Below are positions 24,822-36,837 of a DNA stretch of 64,000 nucleotides, one piece after another; the stretch's first letter is position 1, and each line of letters begins with the position of its first letter. The DNA is from Neocallimastix sp. 'constans' (taxonomy: Eukaryota): the NCBI GenBank assembly GCA_050613775.1, contig JBODTK010000145.1, forward strand, positions 124,001 to 188,000, in the 5' to 3' direction. The notes below the pieces were generated by a model. That model was given only the letters and a program-made list of their open reading frames with translations, was not told the origin of the DNA and did no database searches. The translations under genes were made by a program, and so were the position numbers.

Positions 24822-27800
24822 TTAACATTTATTTTTAAAAATCTTTCCTTCTGAAGTAATTCTAATTCCTTCACCACAGATATCGTCTAATGAATTTAAT
24901 TCTCCTTTGTATATATAGTTTTCATTAAAAATAATTCCTTCTTCTTTATCTTCTGTATAATTGGAGGTCTCTTTTTTGGGGAATATTAAGTAGATTGAAT
25001 CGTTTTCACACTTTGTTCTTTCTACTTTTGAAAGTTCTTCCATTGAAATCTTAAAATTATTTATTTTCTTATTACTGGTTAGTTCAAATGTCATTGGGTT
25101 GCGGAATTTTCCAGTGAATGTAAATGGCTTATTAATATTTAAAGAATTATTTTTAAAGTATCCTTCAATTTCAAAATCATGTAGAGTGTTTTTAAATTTT
25201 CCTTTTCCACTGGAATTAATAACATTTCCATTATAAAAACAGTCATCCCCTAATGAAAAACTACCTTCATATTTTGGAAGTTTATCTAATAAGTTGTCTG
25301 TATTTTTTACTTCTTCTATACTTTTTTCCATTTTTTTAATTTGGCTTTGGATATTATTATTCTTTTCTTTATTAGCGTTATCAAAATCATTTAATGTTTT
25401 ATTTAACTTAGTTATTTTTAACTTTTCGTTTTTGATTTTCTTATCCAAATTTTGTATATTTATTGATATTTTACCACTTTTTTCAGTTTCTTTGTTAATT
25501 TTTATTTCATTGGATTTAGCTAAATTATTAACTTTATCAATATATTCATGTAATTCTTGTATTTTTTTATTTAACCATTCGTTCATTTCACTAGTTTGCT
25601 TATTAATGGTTTTAAAGTTTTCTTTGCTTTCCTTATTTTTAAGTGAATATTTTTTTAATTTGTTCCCGGTTTTAATAAAGTATTTCATTATTTCATTACA
25701 TTCTTTATTTATTTCTTCAAGTTTGGTTTCTTGTTGTTTAAATTTCTTAGATAGGGAATTATATTTATTTATTAATTCTTCTTGAGGTAGTTGTTTGCTA
25801 CTTTCTTTCTCAAATTCCTCAAACTCTTGCTTCAAAAGATTTATAGATTTGTTCAATTTATTTTCAAGTTGTTTAATGTCTGTTGACTGATCATTCGTTC
25901 CTTTATCATGTTGATCTAAATCTTTTTTAATATTATCAAAAGATTCTTCAATGTTCTTTAAATACTGATTAAATTGTTCAGCAATGTTTTTATATAAAGT
26001 TTCTATTTGAGTGAATCTTTTCTCATTACTTTCATTTATTCCTTCCATCTTATCCATCCTATTGCTCATATTTTTAAAATTAATATCATTTTGTTCTTCA
26101 TTTTTTTCTAATTGCTTCTTTATGACTATAACGGAGTCATTGTTTTGTGTCACTTGATCAACAACTTTTTTAATAGAACCAGTATTTAGAATTAATTGTT
26201 CATTGTAAGTATTAACGGAAAAAGTGTTTTCTTGTAATTCTTTAATAACAGAGTTAACAGTATTGGTATTTTGCTTCATTTGTTCGTTAATTCCTTTAAG
26301 AGAATCATCTTTTTGCTTTATTAGTTCCTTCATGGCTTTTATAGAATCGGTATTTTCTATCAGTTGTTCATTAATGTTATCAAGAGAATTATCCTTTTGC
26401 TTTAATAGTTCATTCATGGCTTTTACAGAATCAGTATTTTCTATCAATTGTTCATTAATGTTATCAAGAGAATTATCCTTTTGCTTTAACAGTTCATTCA
26501 TGCCCTTTACATAATCAGTATTTTCTATTAATTGTTCACTAATGGTATTAAGAGAATTTTCCTTTTGCTTTAATAATTCATTAATGACTTCAACTGAATC
26601 ATTAGTTTTCTTTAATTGTTCATTAATACCATCAAAAGAATCATCCTTTTGCTTTATTAGTTCATTCATGGTTTCAAGTGATTCAGAAGTTTGTTTTAAA
26701 TGCTCGTTCATGTCTTTAACAAGATCTGTATTTTGTTTTAGTTGCTCATTAATTATGTTAAGAGATTCATCCTTTTGTGTTAATTTCTCATTAACAGTTT
26801 TAATAAACTCAGCATTTTGTTTCAAATGTGTCTCAATGGTATTAATATCCTTTTGATCTAACTGTTGTTTATTCATAGATTTATTATAATCAATATTTGC
26901 TTTAAATTGTTCATCAAGAGAATTTTCTTTTTGCTTTAATAATTCATTAATGACTTCAACTGAATCATTAGTTTTCTTTAATTGTTCATTAATACCATTA
27001 AAAGAATCATCCTTTTGCTTTATTAGTTCATTCATGGTTTCAAGTGATTCAGAAGTTTGTTTTAAATGCTCATTCATGTCTTTAACGAGATTTGTGCTTT
27101 GTTTTAATTGTTCATTAATTATGTTAAGAGATTCATCTTTTTGAGTTAATTTCTTATTAACAACTTCAATAAACACAGTATTTTTTTCTAAATGTGTCTT
27201 AATAGTATCAATATCCTTTTTATCTAATACTTCATTCATGTCCTTCACCGAAGTAGTATTTTGTCCTAATCGATCATTACAAGAGTTAACTAAATCAGTA
27301 GTTCGTTTTAAATTTTCATTCATAGCTTTAACAGAATCTGTATTTCGTGTCAATTGCTCACCAACAATTTTAACAGAATCATTATTTTTCATTAATTGTT
27401 TATTAACTTCACTAAGAGAATTTTTTACTTCATTTATGTCTTTCACGGAATCAGTGTTGTTTTGACTTAATTGCTTATAACATGAATTAACTAAATCAGT
27501 ATTTTCTTCCAATTTTTTCAAAAGATCTTTAAGAATCAATTGTAATTCTGAATTTTCAATTTTTTCTGAATTTTTTAATTCAGATTCTTCATTTATAATT
27601 TTATCTTGAAGGAAACTTTTTTTTGTTTTTAAACTTAAACGACTTGGCTTTTTTTTTAGTGATGATGTCATTACTTCTTTGTTATCTCTTCCTGGTTCGA
27701 ATATGGCTATTCTATTTTTAATTCCTGTGTATTCATCTAGACTTTGGTCAATGATTTCAAAACTTTCTGAAAAATTATCTATTTCATAATTAATATTATT

Positions 27801-28004
27801 TTGATAAGTGTTAATTTCTTGCAATGATTTTTTAATTAAATCATTTTTCATATCTAATAATTTATTTTTAACAATTTCAAGATTATAATAATTATTCAAA
27901 TTTCTATTAATTATTTCATTTAAATCATTTTTAAAGGCATCTATACTATTATCTAGTTTATCTAGTTTATTAGAAATTTCTTGTTTTTCACTAATCATTT
28001 TCAT
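24822..28004 (-). CDS. Intronless long coiled-coil protein (14/28-aa repeats) with C-terminal MORN-like beta domain, 1060 aa; paralog A
   Basis: Long ORF in AT-rich DNA; repeats such as NELLKQKDNSLDNI/NEQLIENTDSVKAM; C-terminal YEGSF..YNG..GKGKF and YKGELN..CGEG highly similar to paralog B. Confidence 0.8.
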   Translation of the reverse strand: MKMISEKQEISNKLDKLDNSIDAFKNDLNEIINRNLNNYYNLEIVKNKLLDMKNDLIKKSLQEINTYQNNINYEIDNFSESFEIIDQSLDEYTGIKNRIAIFEPGRDNKEVMTSSLKKKPSRLSLKTKKSFLQDKIINEESELKNSEKIENSELQLILKDLLKKLEENTDLVNSCYKQLSQNNTDSVKDINEVKNSLSEVNKQLMKNNDSVKIVGEQLTRNTDSVKAMNENLKRTTDLVNSCNDRLGQNTTSVKDMNEVLDKKDIDTIKTHLEKNTVFIEVVNKKLTQKDESLNIINEQLKQSTNLVKDMNEHLKQTSESLETMNELIKQKDDSFNGINEQLKKTNDSVEVINELLKQKENSLDEQFKANIDYNKSMNKQQLDQKDINTIETHLKQNAEFIKTVNEKLTQKDESLNIINEQLKQNTDLVKDMNEHLKQTSESLETMNELIKQKDDSFDGINEQLKKTNDSVEVINELLKQKENSLNTISEQLIENTDYVKGMNELLKQKDNSLDNINEQLIENTDSVKAMNELLKQKDNSLDNINEQLIENTDSIKAMKELIKQKDDSLKGINEQMKQNTNTVNSVIKELQENTFSVNTYNEQLILNTGSIKKVVDQVTQNNDSVIVIKKQLEKNEEQNDINFKNMSNRMDKMEGINESNEKRFTQIETLYKNIAEQFNQYLKNIEESFDNIKKDLDQHDKGTNDQSTDIKQLENKLNKSINLLKQEFEEFEKESSKQLPQEELINKYNSLSKKFKQQETKLEEINKECNEIMKYFIKTGNKLKKYSLKNKESKENFKTINKQTSEMNEWLNKKIQELHEYIDKVNNLAKSNEIKINKETEKSGKISINIQNLDKKIKNEKLKITKLNKTLNDFDNANKEKNNNIQSQIKKMEKSIEEVKNTDNLLDKLPKYEGSFSLGDDCFYNGNVINSSGKGKFKNTLHDFEIEGYFKNNSLNINKPFTFTGKFRNPMTFELTSNKKINNFKISMEELSKVERTKCENDSIYLIFPKKETSNYTEDKEEGIIFNENYIYKGELNSLDDICGEGIRITSEGKIFKNKC

Positions 28005-28544
28005 ATATATATATATATATATTATATTTATAACTTATTTTTATAAAAGAAATTTTTTTAAGAAATAAAAGTAATAATAATAATATTATTATTATATTAT
28101 GAAAATGATATTAAAATGAATGCTAATAAAATATTCTATAGTTTTTATTTTATAAAAAGATTTAGAAAGCAATTTTTTTTTCTTGTATTTTGAAAAATTA
28201 TTAATCTAGTAATATTGTATATATAAATATTTTTTTTAAAAAAAAAAAAAAAAAAAATAAAAATAAAAAAAAAATAAAAAAAAATTTTTTTATAAGAAAA
28301 TTTACTAATTAATTGAAATTTTATATATTTGGAACTAACTTTTATCAAATGAAAATTTATATTTATGGAACTAACTAATTATTTTTCAATAAATTTTTTT
28401 TTATAATTAAAATTTTAAATTCGATAAATATTAATATATATTTTTTATTTGTTATTTTATTTTTATATTCATTTTTTATATCTTTTTTTTTTTTTTTTTT
28501 TAATTTATTAACGAAAAATCAATATTTTATGTCCTCTTTTATAT

Positions 28545-28765
28545 AAAATAAAATATAATAAAATAAAATATAATAAAATAAAATATAATAAAATAAAATA
28601 AAATAAATAGTACAATATGAATATAAAGTACAGATTGAATAAAATAAAATAAAATAAATAAAATAAAATAAAATAAAATAAAATAAATAGTAGAAATATA
28701 AATATGAAATACAGATTGAATAAAATAAAATAGAATAGATTAGAATAAAATAAAATAAAATAATG
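28545..28765. repeat. (AAAAT)n-based compound repeat with duplicated AGTA..AATATxAATAT..TACAGATTGAATA unit
   Basis: Direct inspection. Confidence 0.7.
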
Positions 28766-28835
28766 AAGTAGTATAAATGAGTAAAGTATTAATAAAAATA
28801 AAAAAGTAAATAAAAAAAAAAATAAAAAAAAAAAA

Positions 28836-28904
<69 letters not shown>

Positions 28905-29169
28905 ATTTATAAAAATTATAAATAAAATTTTTTAGTTCCAATTTTCAATTTTTAAATTATAAATAGAAATTTTAGTTCCATTTTTCAATTTTTTAATAAT
29001 AAATAAAATTTACCAATGAAAGTGTTCAATTATTAAAAATTTTAAAATTTTTCATTTATTTTTCATCCTTAAAAAAAAATACAAATATTATATTAACAAC
29101 AAATTTTTATAATCATTTTTATTACTATTTAGGCTATGATAATTTTTTAACACATCTTAATTAGTAAAG

Positions 29170-31722
29170 CTAATTATTATTTTTACATATTTCACCATTG
29201 GAGTTGACCGTAATTCCTTTACCACATATTTCATCTGAAGAATTTAATTCTCCTTTGTATATAAAGGATTTATCAAGAATAATCCCTTCTCCTTTATCAT
29301 CCGTATAGTGAGAAATCTCTTTTCTTGGAAATATTAAGTAAAGGGAATCCTTTTCACATTTTATTCTTTCTACTTTTGAAAGTTCATCTAATGAAATATT
29401 TAAATCATTTATTTCTTTATTATTGGTTAATTCAAATGTCACTGGGTTACGAAATTTTCCAGTGAATGTAAATGGCTTATTAATATTCAAAGAATTATTT
29501 TTAAAGTATCCTTCAATTTCAAAATCAAGTAGAGTGTTTTTAAATATTCCTTTTCCACCGGAATTAATAACTTCTCCATTATAGAAACAGTCATCCCCTA
29601 ATGAAAAACTACCTTCATAACTTGGAATTTTATCTAATAAATTATCAAAATTCTTTACTTCTTCTATACATTTTTCCATTTTCTTAAATTGATTTTGAAT
29701 TAAATTGTTCCTTCTTTCATTATTACCGTCCAGTTCATTTAATTTTTGTTTCACTGTGTTAATAATTCTTAATTTTTGATCCATTGCATTAATAATTTTT
29801 TCCTTTTCATTATGAAGTTTTTTATCTAATCTTTGTTCCATAATTTTAGGCATATCATTACTTTTTTCGATTTCTTTGTTTATTTTTTTTTCGTTGGATC
29901 TGACTAATTCACCCATCTCTTTCATATATTGATTTAATTTCTCATATTGATTTTTAAGCCATTTATTTTTCTCATCTGCTTGTTTTTCAATATTTTTAAT
30001 GTTTTCCTTATTTTCTTTATTTTTAATGGAAAATTTTTTCAATTTCTTTTCAATTTCACTAAAGTAATTACCTAATAATTCATTTAATTCTTTATTCATT
30101 TTTTCAAGTTTAAGGTCCTGCTGATTTAATTTTTTAGAGTTATCCTTAATTTTTCTCATCATCTGTTGTTGTTTTTCATCTTCTTCATTACATTCGTCTA
30201 ATCGCTCCTTAATAAGATTTAAAGAATTGTTCAATTGACTTTTAAGTTGTTTAATGTCTGATGACTGATCATCCTTCATTTTATTAAATTGATCCAAATC
30301 TTTTTTAATATTATTATAGGATTCTTTGGATGTCTCTATATGTTGGTTGAGTTGTTCCGTAATACTTTGGCATACATTTTTATTATTGATTATTTTTTCA
30401 TAATTATTTTTTGAGATTTCTTCAAGTTCATTTAATTTTTCTTTAACATCCTTTTCATATTGTTCAAGCTGTTCTTCGATTTTTTTTACAGTATCATCCT
30501 GTTGAATTATATATTTATTGATTTTTTCTTTTGATTCTTTATTTTGTTCTAATTGGTCATTAATGACTTTTATAGAATCTATATTTTGGTTTAATTGTTT
30601 ATTAATAATTTTAATTGAATCAATATTTTGTTTTAATTGTTTTTTAATGGTTTCTAAAGAATCATTCTTTTGGTTTAAATGATCATCATTTTGCTTAAAT
30701 TGATTATTAATAGTGTTAACAGCATCAGTATTTCGATTTAATTGTTCATTAATGGTATTAACCAAATCAATACAATAATTTAATTGTTCATGAATGGTTT
30801 TAATAGAATCAACATTTTGTTTTAGTTGTTTATTAATAGTCTTAAAAGAATCATCACTTTGTGTTAATTGATTATCATTTTGCTTTAATTGATCTTTAAT
30901 AGTGTTAATAGCATCAGTATTTCGACCTAATTCCTCAATTATTGTTTCAATAGAATCAGAATTTTGTTTTAGTTGTATTTTAAAAATACTAAAAGAATTA
31001 TCTCTTTGGTTTAATTGATTAGTACATTGTTGTAATTGGTCTTTAATAGTATTAACAGAATTAGTATTTATCTTTAATTGGTCATTAAGGACTTTAACAC
31101 TATCTATATTTTGAACAGCTAATTTTTCAGAATCTTCAGCTCTCGCTTTAGTTTCATTTAATATTTTTTCGATAGTATTTAATTTTTTATCATTATTCGA
31201 GCTTTGTTGATTAAATAATATTTTAATATTATCTATAATTTCATTATTTCTTTCTGGAATATAACTATCAAATCGGTTTAAAAGCTTATTAATATTTTCT
31301 TGACATCCCTCAAAAGCATTTAAAGATTGTGTCAATTTCAGATATAAATTCTCAATTGTTTTTGTATTTTTTAATTCAAAGATATCTTCATCAATATTGT
31401 CTTTTTTTTTCTCAATAATAGATAAATTTTTATTAACTCCAGTATTTAATCTATTATATTCTGAATTATATAATGAAGTAGCAGAATCCTTATCACTATT
31501 TTCCTTAGTAGCCATGAAAAAACAGTAATTGAATAAGTCATTAATTTCTTTCATAAACACTTCAATTATTTCCTTTTTCATGGCATCTAATTTATTTTTA
31601 TCATCTTCAAGTTTATCGTCATTATTAAAATGACATTTAATTATCCCATCGATTTCATTTTTAAATGTACTTATACTATTATTTAATTTTTCTGAAGCTT
31701 TATTTGAAAGTTCTTTAACCAT
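29170..31722 (-). CDS. Intronless long coiled-coil protein with C-terminal MORN-like domain, 850 aa; paralog B
   Basis: Long ORF with the same architecture; last ~165 aa closely match paralog A (YEGSFSLGDDCFYNG..., EIEGYFKNNSLNINKPFTFTGKFRNP). Confidence 0.8.
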   Translation of the reverse strand: MVKELSNKASEKLNNSISTFKNEIDGIIKCHFNNDDKLEDDKNKLDAMKKEIIEVFMKEINDLFNYCFFMATKENSDKDSATSLYNSEYNRLNTGVNKNLSIIEKKKDNIDEDIFELKNTKTIENLYLKLTQSLNAFEGCQENINKLLNRFDSYIPERNNEIIDNIKILFNQQSSNNDKKLNTIEKILNETKARAEDSEKLAVQNIDSVKVLNDQLKINTNSVNTIKDQLQQCTNQLNQRDNSFSIFKIQLKQNSDSIETIIEELGRNTDAINTIKDQLKQNDNQLTQSDDSFKTINKQLKQNVDSIKTIHEQLNYCIDLVNTINEQLNRNTDAVNTINNQFKQNDDHLNQKNDSLETIKKQLKQNIDSIKIINKQLNQNIDSIKVINDQLEQNKESKEKINKYIIQQDDTVKKIEEQLEQYEKDVKEKLNELEEISKNNYEKIINNKNVCQSITEQLNQHIETSKESYNNIKKDLDQFNKMKDDQSSDIKQLKSQLNNSLNLIKERLDECNEEDEKQQQMMRKIKDNSKKLNQQDLKLEKMNKELNELLGNYFSEIEKKLKKFSIKNKENKENIKNIEKQADEKNKWLKNQYEKLNQYMKEMGELVRSNEKKINKEIEKSNDMPKIMEQRLDKKLHNEKEKIINAMDQKLRIINTVKQKLNELDGNNERRNNLIQNQFKKMEKCIEEVKNFDNLLDKIPSYEGSFSLGDDCFYNGEVINSGGKGIFKNTLLDFEIEGYFKNNSLNINKPFTFTGKFRNPVTFELTNNKEINDLNISLDELSKVERIKCEKDSLYLIFPRKEISHYTDDKGEGIILDKSFIYKGELNSSDEICGKGITVNSNGEICKNNN

Positions 31723-33139
31723 ATTTTATTGATTAACAATATTATATTTGATATGATTTTTTATTATTATTATTATTTATGATATGATTTTTATTATTAT
31801 TAATATTATTATTATTAAATAAAGTTTAAGGTTTATATATTTATATAATATAATGTATAAAAAAAAAAAAAAAAAAAAAAGAGTACTTTTTACTTTATTT
31901 ACTTTATTTAAAAATAGTTAGTTCCAAATATTTTATATAAAAAAATTTTTAATATAAAATTTTTTTTTTTCAATCGTCCTATATGAATATAATAATATTA
32001 ATGTCTTTTTTTTCTTTCAATTATTTTTGAATTAAACATTTTTTAATGTAATCTAATTAAATATAAATATTAATAAATAATCAAAAAATAATTAGATATA
32101 TATTATATATTACAATATATTGTATTATTAATATTATATTTAAATGTCTATATTAAATTTCATTGAAATTATACTGAAATTTAATTGGTTAATCTACTGG
32201 AATTAATAATTTAAATAATTAACAAAGTTTAACATAATATTTTTAAAAAAAAAAAGTTTTCTTTTTTGAAATTTATTATCTATTTATTTAGATGGAATTT
32301 CAAATCAAGAATTAAAAAAGAACTAAAAAAACATTAAACTATTGTATACATAAATAAGAAAATAAACAAATAATTATTTTATATTCTTTAATATTTTATA
32401 ATTATAACCATATTTTTATTCGAACTTTTATACTATTTCAGAATTATTAAATATATGTTTGAATTACAGTATAAAAGAACTTAAAAATAACTATATATAA
32501 AGTCTTTTGTTTAAATAAAAAATTAATACTAAATTTTTAAATGTATTTTATTTTTTTTTATAGAAAAAATAAAAAATATAATCATTTTCATATTTAAAAC
32601 ATTTTTTCTAATTATTAAAAATTATTTAAATTACTTCTACTTTTTTTTTTTTTTTTTAAAAAAAAAAAATAAAAGATAATTTGGTTATTAATAATTTATC
32701 CTATTTTTTCATTAACAATAAAAAATTGTACTTTTGAAATAATAATAACAATAAATAAACAAAAATAAAAATTATAGCTATAATAATAATAAAAAATAAT
32801 AATAATAATAATAATAATTATAATTATAATAATAAATAATAATAGAAGCAATATAACTACTAGTATTTAAACTATTTATATTTGTTATATAATAATATCT
32901 TATAAACAATTATTTTTAGTGTTAAATAATATTTCTATAAAATTATTTAATTAATTTAATATTTTTAATATTAATAATATTAATCACTTTTCTTGCTTTT
33001 ATATTATATTTTATTATTTAAGAGAAAAAAAAACGGTTAATAAATTATTATATTTCGAGTATAAAAATTGATTAATAATTCAAAATGTTACTTTATCTTT
33101 ATTTTAAAAATTATCTTTTATGAAACAGTAAAATTGATA

Positions 33140-33207
<68 letters not shown>

Positions 33208-33253
33208 AATTAATTATTTCCTTTTTACAAAAGGAAAAAAAATTAATTATAAC

Positions 33254-33325
33254 CTCCGCATAGGGGAATCGAACCCCTGCCGCCACGGTGAGAGCGTGGA
33301 ATCCTAGCCACTGGACCAATGCGGA
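33254..33325 (-). tRNA. tRNA-Glu (anticodon CTC), 72 nt, no intron
   Basis: Reverse complement TCCGCATTGGTCCAGTGGCTAGGATTCCACGCT-CTC-ACCGTGGCGGCAGGGGTTCGATTCCCCTATGCGGAG forms a cloverleaf with A and B boxes. Confidence 0.95.
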
Positions 33326-34769
33326 ACTGCCCACTTGAAAATTATAATATTTTATTAAAAACTTATTATTTTCGTAAACCAAATTTTAAATGTTGAAATT
33401 ATAACTGAATTGAAATCTCAATTTCAGTTATTTACATTTCAATAGTTAAAAAATATTATTTATTTAATTATAAATAATATATATATTTAAATAATTAATA
33501 ATTAATATAAATTCTTATTTAATATTTAAAGAATTATCTTAGGCCTAATAATTCTGAGAATATTAGTAAATAAGATTTATATTAATAATTTCAATTATCT
33601 ACATATGACGTCACATGTATTTATTTATATTATGTTTATATATATGTTTACATCATATATATTAACTACTATTTTTAATTATTCAAATTAATTATATAAT
33701 TATAAATTAAATTTATTTAGTTATATTAAATATTTTAAACATATCGATATTGTTATTATCTTAATATTTTATTAATATTCATATTACTATATTATTAATA
33801 TCTTATAATTAAATACTATTATTATGTAACTTACAAAGTATAAAAGAAAGATGTAAAAATCTATCTTTTATGTTCTTTGTAAGGTTATTGTATTTACAAT
33901 AATTATATACTAATAATTCAATAAATAAATATTTCATAAATCCTTCAAAGAAATTATTATTTAAAATATTCTTAGATATTAAGTGTTTAAATAACTTAAC
34001 TATTTATCTTATATTATTTTAATTATATTATTATTAATTAATTTTTGTTGGATTATTAATATATAATTCAACATATTAACCTAGTAACGTTATTAATCAT
34101 AAAACTATTTTATATCTTAATTTTAACATTAAATGTTATAATATGAATTTAAATATATCAATTTTTAATTAATTCACTGATAATTCAAATTTTTAAAAAT
34201 AATTAGAAATCAATATTCAATATTAAAAAAAAATATATATATAATTTAAAAGGACTTTTAATGGAATTAATGGAATTCCAAAAAAATTCAAGGATTAGAT
34301 AATAAATAAATTATTTTAAAGGGTTAATGATTTAGAAAAAGAAAAAAAAAAACACATAACGTGTCATAACTCCAGAAGGTGGGATGCTATTGACCTCTAA
34401 CTATTAACTTCTAACTAGCTTTGCTAGGAATCTCTGGACCTAAGTTTCAATTTCACGTACCTACGAGCTCTACACAGGCTACTACAAGTCGAGATATTTT
34501 AAGATTTTAATAATGAATATTAATAATTAAATGATTATTAATTAATTTATTTTATTATTATAATTATAAATTAATCTATCCGTATAATTCTAATAAAAAA
34601 AAAATTCTTTCCAATAATTAAATTTATTTATTATTATGTTAATTATTATGTTAATTATATTTCTATAAATAATATTCAATATTATTCTATATTATTCATA
34701 ATTATTTTACATTATATTTATTCATATCAAATATTAATAAAAATTTAGTAATAGTTTAAATAAACAGTT

Positions 34770-35370
34770 TGTAATAGTTAATAATGAGTAACATATATTA
34801 CTAGTGATTAATAATTTGTATTATTAATGTAAATTTTGTATTAGTAATATCATAACAATAATGAAAGATATAAAAAGAATGCTTTTAGTTAGTTTTATTC
34901 TTTGTAAGATTATTAACTTATAATCTTTAATATACACTGAACTTACTTAACAATCATTTGTAGAAAAAATTATTATCATAAAATTTATTAATAAAAGACT
35001 TATTTTTAAACTTTAAATTATTATATTTACTAATGAGTCTTAATAATAAACATCTTGACCTGACATGATTAATCCAAAACATAAAACACTTGACATTTCT
35101 CACTTTAATCTAATCCAAAATTAAATCCAATTTATTAAATTGATAACCAACCGTAAACTTAAAAATAAAATTAAATTTAACTCTTCTTCAAAATTCAATT
35201 TTTAGGGAAAATTACAATAAAAATTTATCTAAATTAAAAATTTAACTTAAAAATTTCTCGATACCAACTTAAAATAGAAAAAAAAAAAGCTCGTGTAAAA
35301 TAAAATTTTATAATAAATTACACCTTAGTTGTAAACAAAAGACCTTTAAATATTCTAGTCATTTCTCTAA
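34770..35370 (+). mobile_element. Possible highly decayed LTR-retrotransposon remnant (TG..CA segment 34770-34952 plus gag-like relic)
   Basis: TG...CA-bounded segment sharing TATAAAA(A)GAA and TTCTTTGTAAG(G/A)TTATT with ~33840-33890; the C-rich downstream stretch gives a weak gag-like translation (SRYQLKIEKKKARVK*N). Weak. Confidence 0.25.
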
Positions 35371-36080
35371 AAAAAAATATTAATAATAAAATTAAATAAC
35401 AAATGAAATTATAAACAAATTATAAACAATTACTAATAGCAAAAACTTATTTAAAATATTCTAAAATAAAAATATTCATTCTTCATATATTATTAATTCT
35501 TTAATAAAAACTTAAACAGAAACATGTGTTTTATTTCTAATTATGAAATAATTATTTTAAAAATTTTAAAAGTAATTTTCTTTATTAAATAAACTTTTAA
35601 ATAGTCTTAATAGTAAACTTGTAAATAAATAACTTCTTTTAATTTTTTTTTTCCATTTCTTTTATTTTTAAAAATGTAAATATAATATTAATTTATTATT
35701 AATTATTTAATTGGACTCGTAAATAAATAAATTAATATTATAATATATATTTAAAATCTTTAACTTGATCATTATATTACTAATCATATTTTTTTTAAAA
35801 ACAAAGAATTATTAATGCTTGTTTTTAATTATGATTTGATTATTTTATTTATTTTTTTTCTTTTAATAATGATTTTTAATAAAAATCAAAGAGTTATGTT
35901 TTTATAATTTTTTTTTTTTAAAAAAATAATAAATAAATAAAATTAAAACTAAGATGCTAATCATTACAATAATCTTTATCAGAAAGTTAATTTGATTAAT
36001 ATTCTAATATATTCATCTTGTATTATTAAGTACAAACTGATATTAATTATTGGAGAAAAAGCTTTAATAACCAATTTAAC

Positions 36081-36120
<40 letters not shown>

Positions 36121-36448
36121 AATAAAAAAACTAAATTAAAAACTAAATTATAAAAATATTAATTAATTGAATAAACAATCTTTTAAATTATAAATAAGAA
36201 GGATCTAAATAATGAAATTTAGTTTTTATTATTCTAATCAATCAAAAACTAGCTTTATAAAATATTAATAACAATAATTTAAATAAAAATAATAAACTAA
36301 ATAAGAACTATTTACAAAAATAAATATATCTAGTTTTATAAATTATAATAAAATCTAAGATAGATAATTAAAATAATATTGTTAATCTTTTAAAATTAAA
36401 TTTTTAAAAAAAAATTAAATTTAAGATATTAAATAATTACTATAATTA

Positions 36449-36797
36449 AGTTTATGGATCGACCCCGCGACTACCTCTTGAATTTATATAGGGTGATTTT
36501 TACTATAAATGAAGTTGGTTGTTCATTCGTCGTGGTAAGTATTTCTGTTGCTAGATTATATAATTGTTAGTGCAGAGAGCACTTGATCTGTGGAAAGATT
36601 AGTGTAGTAGTTGTTCCTTGATAATGGTTCAAGAGATCACTAAAAAAGAAGCCAGTTGTTTAGGGCAGCGTATAGGGAATGTCTTTCATATTAGCCTTGT
36701 TTATAGAGATGTCCGTGAAACGGTTTGGCAAAGAATCTAATAAGAGTCTGGTACGTTTAAGGGAGAGACCGGAGGCTATATGTCCTCCCATCTCATT

Positions 36798-36834
<37 letters not shown>
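36449..36834 (+). mobile_element. SINE-like retro-insertion (~355 bp + ~31-nt poly(A)) flanked by a 10-bp direct repeat
   Basis: GC-richer island; A-tract 36804-36834; ACTATAATTA at 36439-36448 and 36835-36844 (putative TSD); second copy at 190-790. Confidence 0.75.

Positions 36835-36837
<3 letters not shown>

Noticed and set aside
25294..27465. Plus-strand ORFs rich in F/S/L
   Set aside because: Antisense shadows of the coiled-coil gene
33068..33382. ORFs overlapping the tRNA
   Set aside because: Explained by tRNA-Glu plus flanking AT repeats
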